Below, one piece after another: positions 26,382-28,296 of a stretch of 28,296 nt of DNA. Numbering within the stretch: the stretch's first letter is position 1; each line of letters opens with the position of its first letter. Origin of the DNA: Candidatus Woesearchaeota archaeon (GTDB lineage: Archaea > Nanobdellota > Nanobdellia > SCGC-AAA011-G17 > GW2011-AR17); contig CAYHUV010000002.1 in assembly GCA_964359695.1 (NCBI GenBank), positions 1 to 28,296 of the forward strand, read 5' to 3'. Below the pieces are notes generated by a model. The model was not told the origin of the DNA and searched no databases. It saw only the letters and a list, made by a program, of their open reading frames with translations. The translations under genes and the position numbers were made by a program.

Positions 26382-26559
26382 CTTTAGATCCTCTAAAGAT
26401 TTCTTTCTTATTTTCTTTTAATCCATCAAGAATTTGTTGTTTTGCAATCTCTAAAAGTCCTACCGTTTCTTGTGGAGCCATATTTTTAGAACTCATCTTT
26501 GTTGCCATCTTTCCATCTTTGACAATGAATTTGATTATGAATATTTTATCTTCAGTCAT
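26371..26559 (-). CDS. Small hypothetical protein (62 aa)
   Basis: Overlaps the HIT start (coupled); plausible composition. Confidence 0.65.
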   Translation of the reverse strand: MTEDKIFIIKFIVKDGKMATKMSSKNMAPQETVGLLEIAKQQILDGLKENKKEIFRGSKDEL

Positions 26560-26650
26560 TATTTTTAGAAAAGGATTATATCTTTTTAAAAGTATCTTTT
26601 GTGCACTATTTTCAAAAGATTTAAATAGCTGTATTATTTTTAAGCTTTAA

Positions 26651-27145
26651 ATGAGAAAAATATTTTTGTTTAGCATTCTGATGATTCTTTCTATGAGTAC
26701 ATTTGTTGTTGCAGAAAGTCTTGAAGATCTACTTATAGATGGCACTGCAGATCTTTCAGGACAAGATCGTATTGATGCACAAAAAGTAATACTTGTTGAA
26801 AATGTTGATTTGCTTGCTTCAGAAATGGATACAAAAATGGAATCCATTCCAGGCATTGTAAAAAAAGTCATAGGAAATACAAAAGTAAATATTTATTTTG
26901 ATAGTGGAGAAGTAATTGGTTTTGTAATAGAAGATGCAAAAGTTGTTGAAATTAAAGCTGAAGAAATAGAAGAACAAACATTTGATGTATATATCTCTGA
27001 TAATGCCTTTGAAGATCTTAATGCTGGTTCTATTAATATTAATAATGCTATTAAAAATGGGGATATTAGTTATGATGGCAGAGGATTTTGGGGAAATATT
27101 AAATTTGGGATGCTTACTACTGCATTAAAGATTTTAGGGTTCTAA
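26651..27145 (+). CDS. Secreted or membrane-anchored protein with an SCP2 (sterol/lipid carrier)-like domain
   Basis: Signal peptide, then VNIYF...GFVIEDAKVVEI...DVYISDNAFEDL...NAIKNGDISYDG matches the SCP2 pattern. Confidence 0.7.
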   Translation: MRKIFLFSILMILSMSTFVVAESLEDLLIDGTADLSGQDRIDAQKVILVENVDLLASEMDTKMESIPGIVKKVIGNTKVNIYFDSGEVIGFVIEDAKVVEIKAEEIEEQTFDVYISDNAFEDLNAGSININNAIKNGDISYDGRGFWGNIKFGMLTTALKILGF

Positions 27146-27323
27146 ATCAAAAGGGTTATAATCTAGAATAGCATAGCCTTTAATCTTGCGACTAAGAGAA
27201 AGGTTTTTATCTGAGATTCTTTTTTTTTGAAAGGTTGTGGTTGCTCCATGTTTATCACCTTGATAATTGAACAATCTTTTGTGGTCAACAAAGTTCTTAA
27301 GTCTTCTACAAAGCGGTAATCAT

Positions 27324-28280
27324 TCACTTTCTAAACACAACAACAGAATAAGATAAATTACTAGTAGAAATTTCCCTTTCTTCAACAACTTTCAAACCTT
27401 CACACATACTCTTCAATAATTCTGCTTGTGGAGCAATACACACAACAGTTCCTTTCTTCTTCAAAATAAAAGATACATGATAAAAAAATTCTTTGTACAA
27501 TCTTTTCACTTCATTTTCTTTAAGTGTTTTTGAAACAAAAGGAACAGCACTTACAATGAAATCCACTTCTTCTTCAACAAATTTTGTATCTAACCATTCT
27601 ATTTCAATACGAGAAATATTAATCTCCTTTCGCACATGTGCTAAAGTCGCATTAATCTCAGTACTTCGTACATCCGGAAAAAGAGCATCATATGCAAAAA
27701 TTTTTCCTTTCTTAAATCTCGCAGCTTCAATAGCAATAATTCCATCCCTGCAAAAAGGATCAATAAACACCCTTTTCCCAGTATATCCAGATAATCGAAC
27801 AAGTCCATATGCAACACAAGCATTAATTGATTGATTATGTATTTTCACCCTATATTCCCTTTTAGAAAGCAACACTGGACTCAGGTCAAGCCCAACAAAA
27901 ATCTTCCCTTCAACTATATCAATAAATACAATACTCTTAGGATTTCTCAAATCCACAGTATTTCCCTGCAAAAAAAATTTCTCTCCAACAATCTTCTCTA
28001 CTTCTTGAGAACCTAATCCATACTCATCTTTCCGAGAGCAGACCACTCGAAAAGGACTTTCTACAAAAAAAGTTTCTATTTCTTCATGTTTAACACAAGT
28101 TTGTTTCAACTCATATACTTTCATAATACTCTGCGTCTTAGAAATCAATTTTTCTACACTCTTCGTTTCAAAACACACTCGCCCATGAACAAGAACTGTA
28201 GATTTAGCTTTCAATATCTCTTTAATCTCTTTTTGAGAAATATCTTCCATACCATTTGGACAAATCGCTATGTATTTCAT
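27324..28280 (-). CDS. THUMP-domain methyltransferase (Trm14/RlmL-like) with divergent SAM motifs
   Basis: CPNGMEDIS..E, THUMP region, GLDLS...KREYRV...SINACVAYGLVRL and DPFCRDGIIAIEAA. Confidence 0.82.
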   Translation of the reverse strand: MKYIAICPNGMEDISQKEIKEILKAKSTVLVHGRVCFETKSVEKLISKTQSIMKVYELKQTCVKHEEIETFFVESPFRVVCSRKDEYGLGSQEVEKIVGEKFFLQGNTVDLRNPKSIVFIDIVEGKIFVGLDLSPVLLSKREYRVKIHNQSINACVAYGLVRLSGYTGKRVFIDPFCRDGIIAIEAARFKKGKIFAYDALFPDVRSTEINATLAHVRKEINISRIEIEWLDTKFVEEEVDFIVSAVPFVSKTLKENEVKRLYKEFFYHVSFILKKKGTVVCIAPQAELLKSMCEGLKVVEEREISTSNLSYSVVVFRK

Positions 28281-28296
28281 TCTGCAAGATAAATGT

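Noticed and set aside
9789-28292. Other overlapping ORFs (9789, 10159, 11592, 11906, 11979, 12560, 13645, 14378, 16439, 21245, 23216, 24937, 25989, 26647, 27493, 27641, 27831, 28086)
   Set aside because: Each lies within or antisense to a well-supported gene and has no recognisable motif.
1-28296. CRISPR array, rRNA or IS element
   Set aside because: No regularly spaced repeats, rRNA-like sequence or transposase motifs were found on reading.

Overview
AT-rich archaeal chromosome segment, most consistent with a DPANN lineage such as Woesearchaeales/Pacearchaeales. This placement is inferred from rpS17e, Alba, a tRNA splicing endonuclease, a SAMP/TtuA pair, GGAGG/GGTGA ribosome-binding sites and a salvage-type gene set. 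The window holds two surface/Ig-like genes and a dense tRNA-maturation neighbourhood (TtuA plus ubiquitin-like sulfur carrier, tRNA-Arg, EndA, RNase Z, RtcA, m5U methyltransferase). Further genes cover nucleotide housekeeping and salvage, two more THUMP methyltransferases, a CPA2 antiporter, a CAU-anticodon tRNA and several orphans. The main result is that the Alba gene is interrupted by a 31-nt hairpin insertion (21713-21743) framed by a bulge-helix-bulge-like motif. Removing it at the canonical endonuclease cut positions restores the conserved KPFMNYV motif, so it is a candidate archaeal mRNA intron outside cbf5. The tRNA-Arg(UCU) gene carries a similarly relaxed BHB intron at the non-canonical 28/29 position, and the EndA in the window looks like a plain single-unit enzyme. 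No CRISPR array, rRNA, transposase or integrase was seen.
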